NCBI GenBank assembly: GCA_964016885.1
Contig: OZ024749.1
Span: 19,282,001-19,346,000 of the forward strand
Direction: 5' to 3'
Source: Eledone cirrhosa
Lineage: Eukaryota
Length of the DNA stretch: 64,000 nucleotides
The notes beneath the pieces were generated by a model that saw only the letters and a list, made by a program, of their open reading frames with translations, was not told the origin of the DNA and made no database searches. A program made the translations under genes and the position numbers. Shown here piece by piece: positions 1 to 13,034 of this stretch; position 1 is the stretch's first letter; each line of letters opens with the position of its first letter.

Positions 1-97
<97 letters not shown>
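1..97. repeat. (TC)n(TA)n microsatellite
   Basis: Direct inspection. Confidence 0.98.
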
Positions 98-437
98 TAT
101 TACTATTATTTTTATCATGATTATGAGGGCTTAATTAACCCTGTTCTGTGGCTCATTATAACTGTGGGAGGAGAGAGAGAGATTAAGAGGAGCAGGGAGA
201 GAGAGAGAGGGAGTTTGGCATATCTTGTCAGATTAAAGATTGATGACTGAGTGAGTGTAGGCTGGGTTTTATGGGGAACAAGTTGTGAGTAGATGAGGTT
301 GGTGTTAGGAAGGGCATCAAGCCAGAATCAGTTCCTGTATGAGCAAGACAAGGTCATCTGACCTGGCCATTGCCCACACCAGGAAAAACCCGTCTAACCC
401 ATGCTAGCGTGGATGAATGGACGTATAATGGTGATGA

Positions 438-490
<53 letters not shown>

Positions 491-718
491 CATTATCGGA
501 GAAAGCTTTTTAACGATGCTCTGGCCAAATTCCAACTCACTCAACAAACATTAGGAAATAAGTGAGTATATTCCTAATTATGCGTTCGGGGTGCTAACTA
601 AATGTATTGTGTGGAAAATTGGCTGTATTATTTCATATGAGACATATCGAATATATCTCTTCCCAGACGGACGTCTCGTTTCATTATAGGATTCCTACAA
701 TTTGGGTGAAATTATACC

Positions 719-769
<51 letters not shown>

Positions 770-1645
770 TATACAATCATACATATGTATGTGGGTCTGT
801 GTATATATATATATATGAAAAATACAATATGTATACACACACACACATTTACATATATATATATAATTCAAAATTCAATAACACCAAGGATTAGTAATAT
901 TATTATTATTATCTATTTATATATCTACGGTCGTTTCAACACCGCAAGAGTATCTCATCAATTGTGGAGAAAAAACAGATATTATCTGTTAACCATTTAG
1001 CATTTAAGACTTAACTCTTTAGCATTTAAACTGGCCATTTCTGGCCAGATTCTCTCATCTCTATCTGTTCAAACCAGCTGTAACCGGTCGATCATACTGA
1101 TGTTAAGGTATTGTTCTCAACATAAATAATATCAAAATCACATAGATTCAATATTATGCGAGATAATTATGTGAGGTAAAGCCTTTACCATGAAAATATA
1201 ATACTAAAGGGTTACGTTACTCCATTATAGGTGCTATACTTAAAACTGTGTTGAAACCACTGTAGATGTATAAAGAAATAATAATAATAATAATTGTTTC
1301 TACTTTTGGCACAAGGCCAGCAAAAACCCAGTGCATTACTGGTACTTTATTTTATCTACCCCGTAAGGATGAAAGGCAAAGTTTACCTTGACAGGATTTG
1401 AACTCGGACCGTAAAGGGACGTAACTATGCTGGAAAGCATGGCGTCCGACCTTCTACTAATACTGCCAATCCCCCGCCTTAATAATAATAATAATAATAA
1501 TCCTGTGTCTTATTGAATTTTGAATTGTAAATGCTCTGCTACTATAACTGTTCCCTCCTGAAGAACGAATGGTAAAAATGTGTATTGAACTTAACTTGTC
1601 TTACCAATTAGAATAGTGAACTATTACACTATAACCTCATATATA

Positions 1646-1687
<42 letters not shown>

Positions 1688-1806
1688 ATGTGTGTGTGTA
1701 TATATATATATGTATGTATGTAAAAGGTAAACAGAAATAATAACACAATCGGTACAGTATATGGAAGGTATATATTAGGTTAACGCTTGATATAGCAGGA
1801 AGAGGG

Positions 1807-1842
1807 TCTTAACGTTTTGGACGCTAGTCCTTCATCAGAAGA
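1807..1842 (-). ncRNA. Minimal hammerhead motif, core mutated (GAAA>AAAA)
   Basis: Minus strand TCTT-CTGATGA-A-GGAC tagc GTCC-AAAA-CG-TT-AAGA, inside repeat 1722-1936 that recurs at 40289-40505. Confidence 0.6.
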
Positions 1843-1936
1843 AAGAATGAGAAATAAGATAGATTGAGGGGCCGGGCAGGATGGAATTGGAAAAAATGTC
1901 CTTAGATAAAAATAACAGGTCCATTCATGTTGACAT

Positions 1937-4845
1937 CGCTTGCAAAACTGTTGTCACAGTCCTTCATCATCTCCTCTGCGGTCTGCTCTCACCACTTCCG
2001 CCCATGTTTTCCGTGGTCTTCCTTTACGGCGTCTTCTTTCTACTAGGATTTCTTGGCACTTCTTTACCCAGCGTTCATCCTCCATGCGCATCACATGTCC
2101 ATACCATCGCAGTCTTCTCTCCTGCACACTACAACTTATCTCTCTTATACACAGTTTCTCTCTCAACTCATCTATACTTGGTCATTCACGCACATTGACA
2201 TTGCACATCCAACAGAGCATGCTGGCTTCATTTCTTTCCAGCCGTCACATATCCTCTGCAGTTGCTGTCCATGTCTCACTACCATGCAGCATCGCGCTCC
2301 TCACACTGGCATCATATAACCGGCCTTTCGTGCGCAGGGAGAAACCCTTCTTTGTCAACAGAGGAAGCAGCTTCCTAAACTTCTTCCAACCCGTCCTTAT
2401 TCGAGATACTATGGCCTCGGAACACCCCCACCCCCCTCCCATGCTAATCTGATCACCTAGGTATCAACCACTTCTATAGAACCCACCTGCATTTGAAAAA
2501 TATGTCTATCACTGCGACTTCTACTGTCAAATTTCCCCGTACATCTACTGCATAGATAGTTTTCCCTACATGTTAGTTTGCCTGCTATTTCACTACATCT
2601 CTTGTGTACCCAAGATCTGCATTGTGTACATTTTATATAATTTATGCCAGTTCCTTTTCTACATACCGAACATGGTCATTTCCCTGATGGAATCAGAGTT
2701 TTGTCCTCTTTTCTACTTATCAACACTTTTGTCTTAGCTAGGTTCACTCTCGGTCCTCTTGCTTCCAACTGCTGTTTCCATAGCCAGAATTTATTCTCTA
2801 GCTCCTCTACTGATTCTGCTATAAGAACCAGATCGTCAGCATAGAGAAGTTCCCATGGACAGCGAGTCTTAAACTCCTCTGTTATGGCTTGGAGGACTAT
2901 AATGAACAAGTGCGGGCTGGGGACCGAACCCTGATGTACTCCTACTTGTATCTGGAATTCCTTCACTAAACTTCATTCCTACTCTCACTTTACTGACAGC
3001 ACCTCTGTACATGTCTTGCACTGTCCTCACAAGCCATTCCTCTACACCTAGTTTCCTTAGGGACCACCAGATGACAGATCGGGGTACCCTATCAAAGGCC
3101 TTCTCTAGGTCAACAAAAGCTAAGTATAGTGGCTTATTCTTCTCTAAGAACCTCTTTTGTAGTTGTCTCACTAAGAAAAGGGCATCTGTTGTACTTTTCC
3201 CAGGCATAAAACCAAACTGCATCTCATCTAATTTGACCCTTTCTCTAATTAATTGCGCTAATATTCTCTCTGCCACTTTCATAACCTGATCCATCAGTTT
3301 TATGCCCCTATAATTACTCCTCTCCAGAGCATCCCCTTTACCTTTGTAGCAATTTATGAGAATACTGCTGCACCAGTCTTTGGGTATGACACTGCCATAT
3401 ATAGCTTGATTGATGATGCGTGCAACCAGTTTAGTGCCTACTTCTCTTGAGGCCTTCAGCATCTCAGCAACTATCCCTGACGGTCCAGCGGCCTTACCAT
3501 TTTTCATTTCCTTAATTGCCTCTTGGACCCTATATTCATCAATCTCAATAGCTGGTCCCTCTGTTGGATCTACTGGGGGTAGTTTCTCTCTCTCCCATTC
3601 ATTCTCCATATTCATCAGTCTCTCATAATGACATTTCCAGGCCTCCTTTTTCTGATCATGATTTACACTGACACACTGCCTCGCAGTGCGGAACACCGCA
3701 TGTCTCTGATCTTCCCATCGCAGAACATTGGCAAACCTACTCTCAGTCTCCCTGCGTGCTAAGTACATCTGACATCTAGCTTCTCTCTTAGCGGCTGTAT
3801 ATACTTCTCTACTCCCACTATTTTTCCAAGACTTCCATGCTAGTCTTTTGTCTCTAATGGCCCTATCTACTGTGCTGTTCCACACCAGGTCACTCTCTGT
3901 CTGGTTGGAGCTCTGCTCCAGCCACAAGTTTCTTCAGTAGCCTACAGTAAGTTGTCACGTAAGAAATTCCAGTTATCATCTATGTCATACGATTCTGAAT
4001 TGTCTTCTTTTTCATCATACACATCTTGAAGGGCTTTCCTAAATTTATATTTTAGTGAAAGGTCTTTTAGCTTCTAGACCTTTCTTCTCCACACCTTCCT
4101 ATATGTCTCATTCCATCTCTTGCTTACTGAGATGTCACTAATGACTAACCTATGCTGTGGAGTACATTCTTCCCCAGGGTATGCCTTGGTATTTGACACC
4201 ATCTGTCTGTCTCACTGCCTAACTAGCAAGAAGTCAGTTTGGCTTATGTGCTCGCTTGATTTGTAGGTTATTAGGTGGTTGGCTTATGTGCTCGCTTGAT
4301 TTGTAGGTTATTAGGTGGTTGGCTTATGTGCTCGCTTGATTTGTAGGTTATTAGGTGGTTGGAAGTTAATGTTGCAAGTGGTTAGTGCACTTGTATCACA
4401 AAATTCAAGATGTCTCACTCCTACTTCATTTCTTGAGCCATAACCATGCCCACCATGTACCCCAGTGTATCCATTCTGGAGCTGTCCAACATGACCATTG
4501 AAGTCCCCTGCTAGCATAACGATGTCTCCGTCATCTGTCATTGTGGCTGTTTCTAAAAGTTGCTTGTAAAAGCAGTCTTTCTGGGGAGCATAGGCAAAGA
4601 TGATTGTCAGTAGTCTCTTGCCTACAACTAATCTAAGCTTAATTATTCTATTACTAACTCTAACTACCTCTATTGTCTTATCGATCCATCTCTCAACCAG
4701 GAAAATGCCTACTCCCCCTAACCCATCATCCTTACCTACCCAGAAAAGTTTATAACTAAGATGTTTGCCTGCGATTAGTCTCGCAGAGGCACCTCTCCAT
4801 CTCACCTCTTGCATGCAGCACACATCCACATGCCTTCTCTATAGC
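1937..4845 (-). mobile_element. Degenerate RTE-clade LINE (APE endonuclease + RT), frameshifted
   Basis: ORF fragments 4311-4829 (APE: QEVRW, GDFNGHVG), 2869-3927 (FVDLEKAFDRVP), 2676-2966 (LLYADD), 2245-2442 and 1954-2166 (RLRWYGHV.RM...GRPRKTW). Confidence 0.93.
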
Positions 4846-5119
4846 ATCATCATCATCATCATCATCACCGTTTTACGTCCGTTCTTCCACGCTAGCATGG
4901 GTTAGACGGGTTGTCCTGTTGTGGGCAGTGTCTGGTCGGCTGACCATGCCTTGCTCATACAGGAACTGATCTGGCTTGATTTCTACAGCTGGATGCCCTT
5001 CCTAACACCAACCTCATTTACAGTGAGTGCTGGGTGCTTTTTCGTGGCGCCTACACGTCCACTTTACAGTGTGGGCTGGGTGCTTTTTTGCCGTGGCACC
5101 TCCACGACCACCTTGCGGT

Positions 5120-6690
5120 GGGGGGGGGGGGGGCATATTGTTTATATGCTTCAGCATGTACCCATGGGAGGTCGGGTACCCTGTATTACTGCGTGACGCC
5201 AGAAGTCACGGTCGTGTGTCATTGACTTTGAGAGGTGTAGTTGGGTAAGGTCGGCTTTTATCACCTCATCCCAAGTCATCTTGGGTCTCCCCACTCCGCG
5301 GTTTCCATCAACTTCTAGTGCTCTGCACCTTTTTATGCAGCTGTCATCCTTCATACGCATCACATGTCCATACCAGCGTAACCGCCTCTCCTGCACGCAG
5401 CATTTGATTCCTCTTATGCTCAGTCTCTCTCTCAATTCATTTATGCTTTGTCGTTCACGTATATTACTGTTACACATCCATCGGAGCATGCAGGCTTCGT
5501 TTCTCTCTAATCTACGTAAGTCTTCCACCTTCAGCGCCCAGGTCTCACTACCATGCAACATCGCTGTTCGGATACACGCATCATACAGTCTGCCTTTCAT
5601 TCTGAGGGAGAAGCCTTTTGCAGCTAGCAGTGGTAGTAGTTCCCTAAACTTCTTCCATCCCGTTCTTACCCTAGTTATTGTACTTTCTGAGCACCCACCT
5701 CCGTTGCTAATTCGGTCACCTAGGTAGCAGAAGCTGTCTACTGTTTCTACAGGGCCCTCCCAGAGATTGGTGGTACTTGTTTCCTGTGGCTGTTTGCTTG
5801 CTGTTTCAGCACAGCTGCTGCATGTGAATCCTACATTCTTAATTAAGCTTCCTGAGATCCCGCTACATCTCTTGTGTACCCATTGTTTGCATTTGGGGCA
5901 AAGAATGGAGTTCCTACCTACACCTTTCCTACATACTGAGCAAGGCCATTTCCCTGAGGGGATCTGGGTTCTGTTTTCTCGTCTACTTATAAGGACCTTA
6001 GTCTTTGTCATGTTGACTTTGAGGCCCTTTCTCTCTAGTCCCTGCTTCCAGGTTTGGAATTTATTCTCTAGTTCTACCATAGATTCAGCTATGAGTGCGA
6101 GGTCATCAGCATACAGGAGTTCCCATGGGCATCCGGTCTTAAACTCCTCCGTTATTGCCTGCAGGACTATGATGAACAGGAGAGGGCTAAGAACAGAGCC
6201 CTGGTGGACCCCAACCTGTACGCTAAATTCCTCGCTATACTCATTGCCAATCCTAACTTTGCTGACTGCTCCCCTATACATGGCTTGTACCGCTTTCACA
6301 AGCCATTCATCTACTCCTAGTTTTCTAAGAGCCCACCAGATTACTGCACGTGGAACTCTGTCAAAGGCTTTCTCAAGGTCGACAAATGCCAAGTAGAGTG
6401 GCTTACTTTTAGCTAGGTACTTTTCCTGTAATTGCCTCACAAGGAAGAGCGCATCAGTGGTGCCTTTCCCTGGAACAAACCCAAATTGCATCTCGTCTAT
6501 ATTCACCCGGTCCCTAATCAGCTGTGCTATAACTCTTTCTGTTACTTTCATGACCTGGTCCATCAACTTTATACCTCTATAGTTTCCTCTATCTAGTGCA
6601 TCGCCTTTACCTTTGTAGCAGTTGACAATGATGCTACTGCACCAATCTTTTGGTATGGCCCCCTCTAGTATTACCTGGTTAACGATACGG
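5120..6690 (-). mobile_element. 5'-truncated RTE-clade LINE with uninterrupted RT C-terminal ORF (5151-6566)
   Basis: 471-aa ORF with QFGF.PG, DLEKAFD, GVHQGSVLSP, YADD, a Cys/His cluster and RLRWYGHV; truncated at a (TA)n tract near 6692. Confidence 0.95.
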
Positions 6691-6711
6691 TAATATATAT
6701 ATATATATATG

Positions 6712-6912
6712 TAACGAAGGAAGTGTGGTAAGGAACCAGGTAGACCATAACAAACCAGAGTACTTGATACTTAGAGTAGTAGAGTGGGTAATAGGAAAAG
6801 AGTCAGGTCCCCGACAGCTGAGCTCCAGCCATTTCGACAGCTAGGTCTGAGTTCAGACCTCGCTATCAAAACGGCCAGAGCTCAGCTGTTGGGGTCCTGA
6901 CTCTTTTCCTAT
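6712..6912. mobile_element. Short fold-back derivative of the 54352-56256 PLE family (another copy at about 15309-15480)
   Basis: Shares the tail gtgtggtaaggaaccagg...gagtact..atactt...gtgggtaataggaaaa and inverted arms ending ttttcctat. Confidence 0.75.
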
Positions 6913-6921
6913 ATGTATATG

Positions 6922-6970
<49 letters not shown>

Positions 6971-7187
6971 GGGATAACAAGTTATCGTTATAGGTAATCC
7001 AGTTAGAGGTTGTGAGTACACCGCGTTGTGGATAGTGTTAACGTATGGCTTTGTTTGACTCAACAAGATGTTTCCATAGTTATGCAGCGAGATCGCGGTA
7101 ATTTTTATGCAGGTTATACTTGGAGTAATAATAGTTAAAGAAAGAAGAGTAACATGGTTGGCTGTACAATAAGGACTTTATTTAAAG

Positions 7188-7296
7188 TACTGACAATTGT
7201 TTCGTTGATCAGGTGTGTCTAGAGTTCGCCAATCACTTGAGGTTGCGTCAATCGATCTCCAATACATTGTTTACCACTGGTCAACACATCAGAGTA
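7188..7296 (-). ncRNA. Hammerhead-like motif with long stem II, one core mismatch
   Basis: Minus strand TACT-CTGATGT-GTTGACCAG...CTGATCAAC-GAAA-CAATTG-TC-AGTA, then aataaa; host insert about 6971-7330 lies between (TA)n tracts. Confidence 0.6.
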
Positions 7297-7333
7297 TGTA
7301 GATATGAAAATAATTCACTCGAGGCAAGACTTA

Positions 7334-7372
<39 letters not shown>

Positions 7373-7499
7373 ACATATGTATTGTTATCAACATTGTTAT
7401 AATATTACTACAACCTTCATAATATTACTACTATGTTGATAACAATATTACTACACTTCTTGTATGTATTTTGTTGTTTTTTCGTTGTTGTTGTTTCTG

Positions 7500-8940
7500 T
7501 TTTACCTGCAGATACCCTTATTACAGTTGTGTTTTGTTGTATCTCCAGTTACTCTTACTACAGATGTGTTGTGTTGTGTTTTTTCTCCAGATACCCTGAC
7601 TACAGTTGTGTTGTGTTGTATCTCCAGATACCCTTACTTCAGTTGTGTTGTGTTGTGTTTTATCTCCAGATACCCTTACTTCAGTTGTGTGTGTTGTGCT
7701 TTTTCTCCAGATACCCTGACTACAGATGTGTTGTTGTATCTCCAGATACCCTGACTACAGATGTGTTGTGTTGTATCTCCAGATACCCTGACTACAGATG
7801 TGTTGTGTTGTATCTCCAGATACCCTGACTACAGATGTTTTGTGTTGTATCTCCAGATACCCTGACTACAGATGTTTTGTGTTGTATCTCCAGATACCCT
7901 GACTACAGATGTGTTGTGTTGTATCTCCAGATAACCTTACTACAAATGTGTTGTGTTGTGTTTTTTCTCCAGATACCCTGACTACAGATGTGTTGTGTTG
8001 TATCTCCAAATGACCTTACTTCAGATGTGTTGTGTTGTATCTCTAGATACCCTTACTTCAGTTGTGTTGTGATTTATTTCCAGATACTCTTACTACAGAT
8101 GTGTTGTGTTTTATCTCCAGATAACCTTACTACAGATGTGTTGTGTTTTATCTCCAGATACCCTTACTTCAGTTGTGTGGTGTTTTATCTCCAGATACCC
8201 TTACTACAGATGTGTTGTGTTTTATCTCCAGATAACCTTACAACAGATGTGTTGTGTTGTGTTTTATCTCCAGATAACCTTACTACAGATGTGTTGTGTG
8301 GTGTTTTATCTCCAGATACCCTTACTACAGATGTGTTGTGTTGTATCTCCAAATGACCTTACTTCAGATGTGTTGTGTTGTATCTCCAGATACCCTTACT
8401 TCAGTTGTGTTGTGATTTATTTCCAGATACTCTTACTACAGATGTGTTGTGTTTTATCTCCTGATAACTTTACTACAGATGTGTTGTGTTGTGTTTTATC
8501 TCCAGATAACCTTACTACAGATGTGTTGTGTTTTATCTCCAGATACCCTTACTTCAGTTGTGTGGTGTTTTATCTCCAGATACCCTTACTACAGATGTGT
8601 TGTGTTGTGTTTTATCTCCAGATAACCTTACAACAGATGTGTTGTGTTGTGTTTTATCTCCAGATAACCTTACTACAGATGTGTTGTGTGGTGTTTTATC
8701 TCCAGATACCCTTACTACAGATGTGTTGTGTGGTGCTTTATCTCCAGATAACCTTACTACAGATGTGTTGTGTTGTGTTTTATCTCCAGATAACCTTACA
8801 ACAGATGTTTTGTGTTATGTTTTATCTCCAGATACCCTTACTACAGATGTGTTGTGTGGTGCTTTATCTCCAGATAACCTTACTACAGATGTGTTGTGTT
8901 GTGTTTTATCTCCAGATAACCTTACTACAGATGCATTGTA
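7500..8940 (+). repeat. About 37-42-bp minisatellite abutting a CLIP4 acceptor
   Basis: Unit cagataccct(t/g)actacagatgtgttgtg(ttgtg)ttttatctc repeated over about 1.4 kb. Confidence 0.95.
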
Positions 8941-8948
8941 TTTTGTAG

Positions 8949-9074
8949 GTCGAAGTAAATCGACGGCATCCTCTACATCAGATGGTGGAGATATTGATAT
9001 TGGAGACAGGGTTGTTGTAGCTGGCCAACGGAAAGGAACAGTTCGCTTCTATGGTGAAACACAGTTTGCACTAG
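8949..9074 (+). CDS. CLIP4: CAP-Gly domain linker protein (CLIP3/4-like), first exon visible in window; N-half of CAP-Gly domain
   Basis: tag|GT acceptor and G|gtcagt donor; translates RSKSTASSTSDGGDIDIGDRVVVAGQRKGTVRFYGETQFALG, a typical CAP-Gly start; phase 1 matches next exon. Confidence 0.85.
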
Positions 9075-9589
9075 GTCAGTTTCAATGCTATATTATATAT
9101 ATATATATATAGTGTATATGTACTATATACATACTATTCATACATATATGTACATATACTTACTGCTCTTATCATTTTGGTGGGGGAGTGCAGACATTCA
9201 TAATTTTCTGAGAAAAATGACTAATTTTATGAGTATACTGGGTGCATTTTTTGTAGCACCAGCACAACTACTTTACAGACTTAACAAGGTACATTTTATG
9301 AAATATAAAAATTTTTTGATAACAATTTTTTTAGGTGGGGGTGCATGCGATTGCAGGTGCACACTCAACATACCCAGCAATATGCCTCTGAGAAGAGTTA
9401 TCAAGAGTGTTCCGACATTGGAGAACTTAGGACAGCCATAGTGGATTGTACGGTTTGAAGAGCTGTTGCCAAGTGTGTTCCGACCAGGCTGGAAGGATGT
9501 TGTTCAATTATTCCCTGCCCGCTCCTAACATGTTATCAATAACCTCTACCATTATTTATTGACTTTCTCTCCAATATTTCTCATTGCAG

Positions 9590-9713
9590 GATGTTGGTAT
9601 GGCGTCGAATTAGACCGAGCTGTTGGTAAAAATGATGGTTCTGTAAATGGTTCCAGATATTTCACCTGTAAAGCAAAATATGGTGTATTTGCACCTCCCT
9701 CCAGAGTACAAAA
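9590..9713 (+). CDS. CLIP4: CLIP3/4-like exon, C-half of CAP-Gly domain
   Basis: cag|GA...AA|gtaaat; [41 protein letters not shown] contains the GKNDG CAP-Gly signature. Confidence 0.92.
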
Positions 9714-10413
9714 GTAAATATAAATATGTACAACCCCACCCCACCCCCACACACACATATACATACTTACATACATGCGCACACATATACACTGCAAATA
9801 CCATTTATATTCAATTAAAAAAACAACTTCTAAAAATAATGTGGTGTCCCAGCATCACTGCAGTCTAATGACTGGCATCACTAAAAGAATACCCCCTACA
9901 AACACACCCATATAAATAAATATGGTGATGTTGTATGAGATAAAGAAGTTTCACTTTAAAATGTATTTATGCTGTGCCATATCGAATGTTACATATGTTT
10001 CACAGAGGATTGGCTCTATGTCTTTAGCAATGTGATAGACCACACTCCAGTATCCATCTGCTCATTAAACATGTGGACTCAAATCAAACAATTTTTATCT
10101 CATTACTGAATAACCTAGGTTCATCATCATATATATATATATATATTAGATCTACCTCTCCAATCCACATGCACCTCCTCCACCCCCAGACCCAGCCTAC
10201 ACTGTAAAGTGGTCATGTAGGTGTCACGATAAAAAGCACCCAGTCATCATCATCATCATCATCATCACGAAGGGCATCCAGCCGTTAGAACCTAGCCAAA
10301 ATCAGTCCAGTATGAGCAAGACACAGTCATCTGATCTGTCTTGGCTCACAACAGGACAACTCGTTTAATCCATGCTAGCATGGAAAAATGGACGTTAAAC
10401 AGTGATGATGATT

Positions 10414-11300
10414 ATCGACTAACTTATGCTGTGGGGTACATTCTTCCCCAGGGTATGCCTTGGTATTTGACACCATCTGCCTGTCCCGCTGCCTAACTAG
10501 TAAGAAGTCAATCTGGCATATGTGCTCGCTTGATTTGTAGGTTATTAGGTGGTTGGTAGGTTTCTGGAAGTTAGTGCACTTGTATCACAAAATTCAAGAA
10601 GTCTCACTCCTTCTTCATTACTTGAGCCATAACCGTGCCTACCATGTACCCCAGTGTAACCATCCTGGAGCTGTCCAACATGACCATTGAAATCCCCTGC
10701 TAGCATAACAATGTCTCTGTTCTCTGTAATTGCGGCTGTTTGTAAAAGTTGCTCGTAAACGCAGTCTTTCTCTTCTTTACCTAGCCCTGCTTGGGGAGCA
10801 TAGGCAAAGATGATTGTCAGTAGTCTCCTGCCTACAACTAATCTAAGCTTAATTATTCTATTACTAACTCTAACTACCTCTATTGTCTTATCAATCCATC
10901 TCTCAGCCAGGAAAATGCCTACTCCCCCTAACCCATCATCCTTACCTACCCAGAAAAGCTTATAACTAAGATGTTTTCCTGCGATTAGTCTCGCAGAGGC
11001 ACCTCTCCATCTCACCTTTTGCACACATCCACATGCCTTCTCTCCAGCATCTCCACTATTTCACCAGATCTACCTGTGAGAGTGCCAAATTAAGTGTAGC
11101 AACTCTGCGATGCGACATCTTCATATTCCTGTACCTTTTCCTGTAGTGCGATTGCTTGAAGACGGTCGGGGGGTTCTCGCACATGGCCGCACCAGCCACC
11201 CCACTACCGTGCGCAGCCCTAACATGGTTAGTGTTATTGCTGTTGACGCAGTTGTTGCAATTCCCATTTGTTGTGCTCATAGTTTTTGGCACTTGTATAT
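10414..11300 (-). mobile_element. RTE LINE 5' fragment (N-terminus + APE) in a CLIP4 intron
   Basis: ORF 10545-11024 is nearly the same protein as 4311-4829; DNA closely matches about 4145-4825. Confidence 0.9.
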
Positions 11301-12419
11301 ATACTGGTTGGATGCCCTCCTAACACCAGCACCACTTTAGAGCATGGACTTGGTGCTTTTATTCATGCCACCAGCACTAGTGAAGATGTCTTACTGGACT
11401 CATGGGCCCTCTCTACCCCTTCATTTTACAGCATGGTCATAACAATAATAATAACACTATTAATAATTATTAATTAATGTAATCGTGCAATGCCTGTGCG
11501 TGAAGAATATTTTTTTTAAAGTGAAGAAAGACTGTGCACTGAGCCAATCCCACTCTCTGAGCGACAGTAGTTAAAAGAAGAAAAGATCAACATCATCGGT
11601 AACTACTGAACCGCAGGTTTTATGTCGGAGATAACCCAGTTTCCTGACATGCCTTCTCCTAGAAGAATGCCCTGACAAGGGCTAGGGGTCCTTCACTCCC
11701 AGTGGTTTAACTGCTCGAACGGGTATCCAGCCAGATTGCGTCCCCGCGCAAAAAAAAAAAAAAAAAAATTATACATATATAGTTTTCAAGCGCACGATTG
11801 TAGGTTCAGTCGTGTGGTGCGGCACTTTTAGTAAGTGCCCTCAACTGTAATCACGGGTTGACCAATGTCTTACAAATAAAATTTGGTAAATACTATGACT
11901 ACATCATATTAAGACTTAAATTATTAATTCTAACACTGCAACAAATTTTCATCACAACAATCTGTCCACTTGTAAAGATACTATGAACATTTGAATTAAG
12001 AAACCCTGTTTTTAGATATATGTATGGTCCCATAACTCGTGATAATCATAGGGGTTGCCATATTGACATACAGCGTTTCTTGGGCATTTTAAGCCTGTTG
12101 GAGCCCACCCCTCTCCAGGCCTGAGTACAGCAGATTTCTTCCAGAAAAAGATAGAAAGTGAAAGAGAGGAAAATGAAAAAGAGATATAGAGGAAGAATCG
12201 ACCCCAGTGCAAGACTGGTACTTTTTTTTAACAACCTTGAAAGGATGAAAACCTCGGTGGGATATGAACTCGGAGAGCCGGAACAAATACCATAAAGCAT
12301 TCTATCCCACATTCTAACAACTCTGCCAATTCACCATCTATTTTTAGATATTTTCTAATAAATTGTTAGAAACTGTTAATATTTTAAAAACTGACATGGT
12401 TCTGTTTTCTTGTGTAAAG

Positions 12420-12508
12420 GCTCGGTGAGAAGAGGTTCAGTTCATCGGAATCTTTGGACACCATCAGCTGGGGTGCCGTGTCAGAAAAAAATGAGAAAAG
12501 ATGTTCAA
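12420..12508 (+). CDS. CLIP4: CLIP3/4-like linker exon
   Basis: aag|G...A|gtgagt; open frame LGEKRFSSSESLDTISWGAVSEKNEKRCS; phases 2 and 1 fit neighbouring exons. Confidence 0.75.
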
Positions 12509-12600
12509 GTGAGTTAGGAGACAAGTTCTTGCTTGCATGATCTATCTTTATATCTGGCTGTTTTTGTCTGTCTACATATCTATCTATTTATCTATCTATA

Positions 12601-12631
<31 letters not shown>

Positions 12632-12716
12632 ATATATATATTATCGAGCGCTTGCCACACAACTCGGAAGTGTTTTTCGTTAATTCCTGAGCTGAAATTC
12701 GATTATCGCTAATTTA

Positions 12717-12783
<67 letters not shown>

Positions 12784-12910
12784 ATGATATTAAATCGAGT
12801 GCTTCGAATCAGTTATAAACATATAATATATTTGTTGAATTACCAACAAATTAAATATCCCTTTTGCTTATATATATATATATTGTATGTAAAATCCCCA
12901 GCATGTGTGC

Positions 12911-12952
<42 letters not shown>

Positions 12953-13003
12953 GCATACATACATACATACATACATACATACATACATACATACATACAT
13001 ACA

Positions 13004-13034
<31 letters not shown>

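Noticed and set aside
5281-6396. Plus-strand ORFs of 148 and 209 aa
   Set aside because: Antisense shadows of the RTE reverse transcriptase ORF
7433-8948. Cys/Val-rich repeat ORFs
   Set aside because: Minisatellite translations; only the part from 8949 has protein-family support
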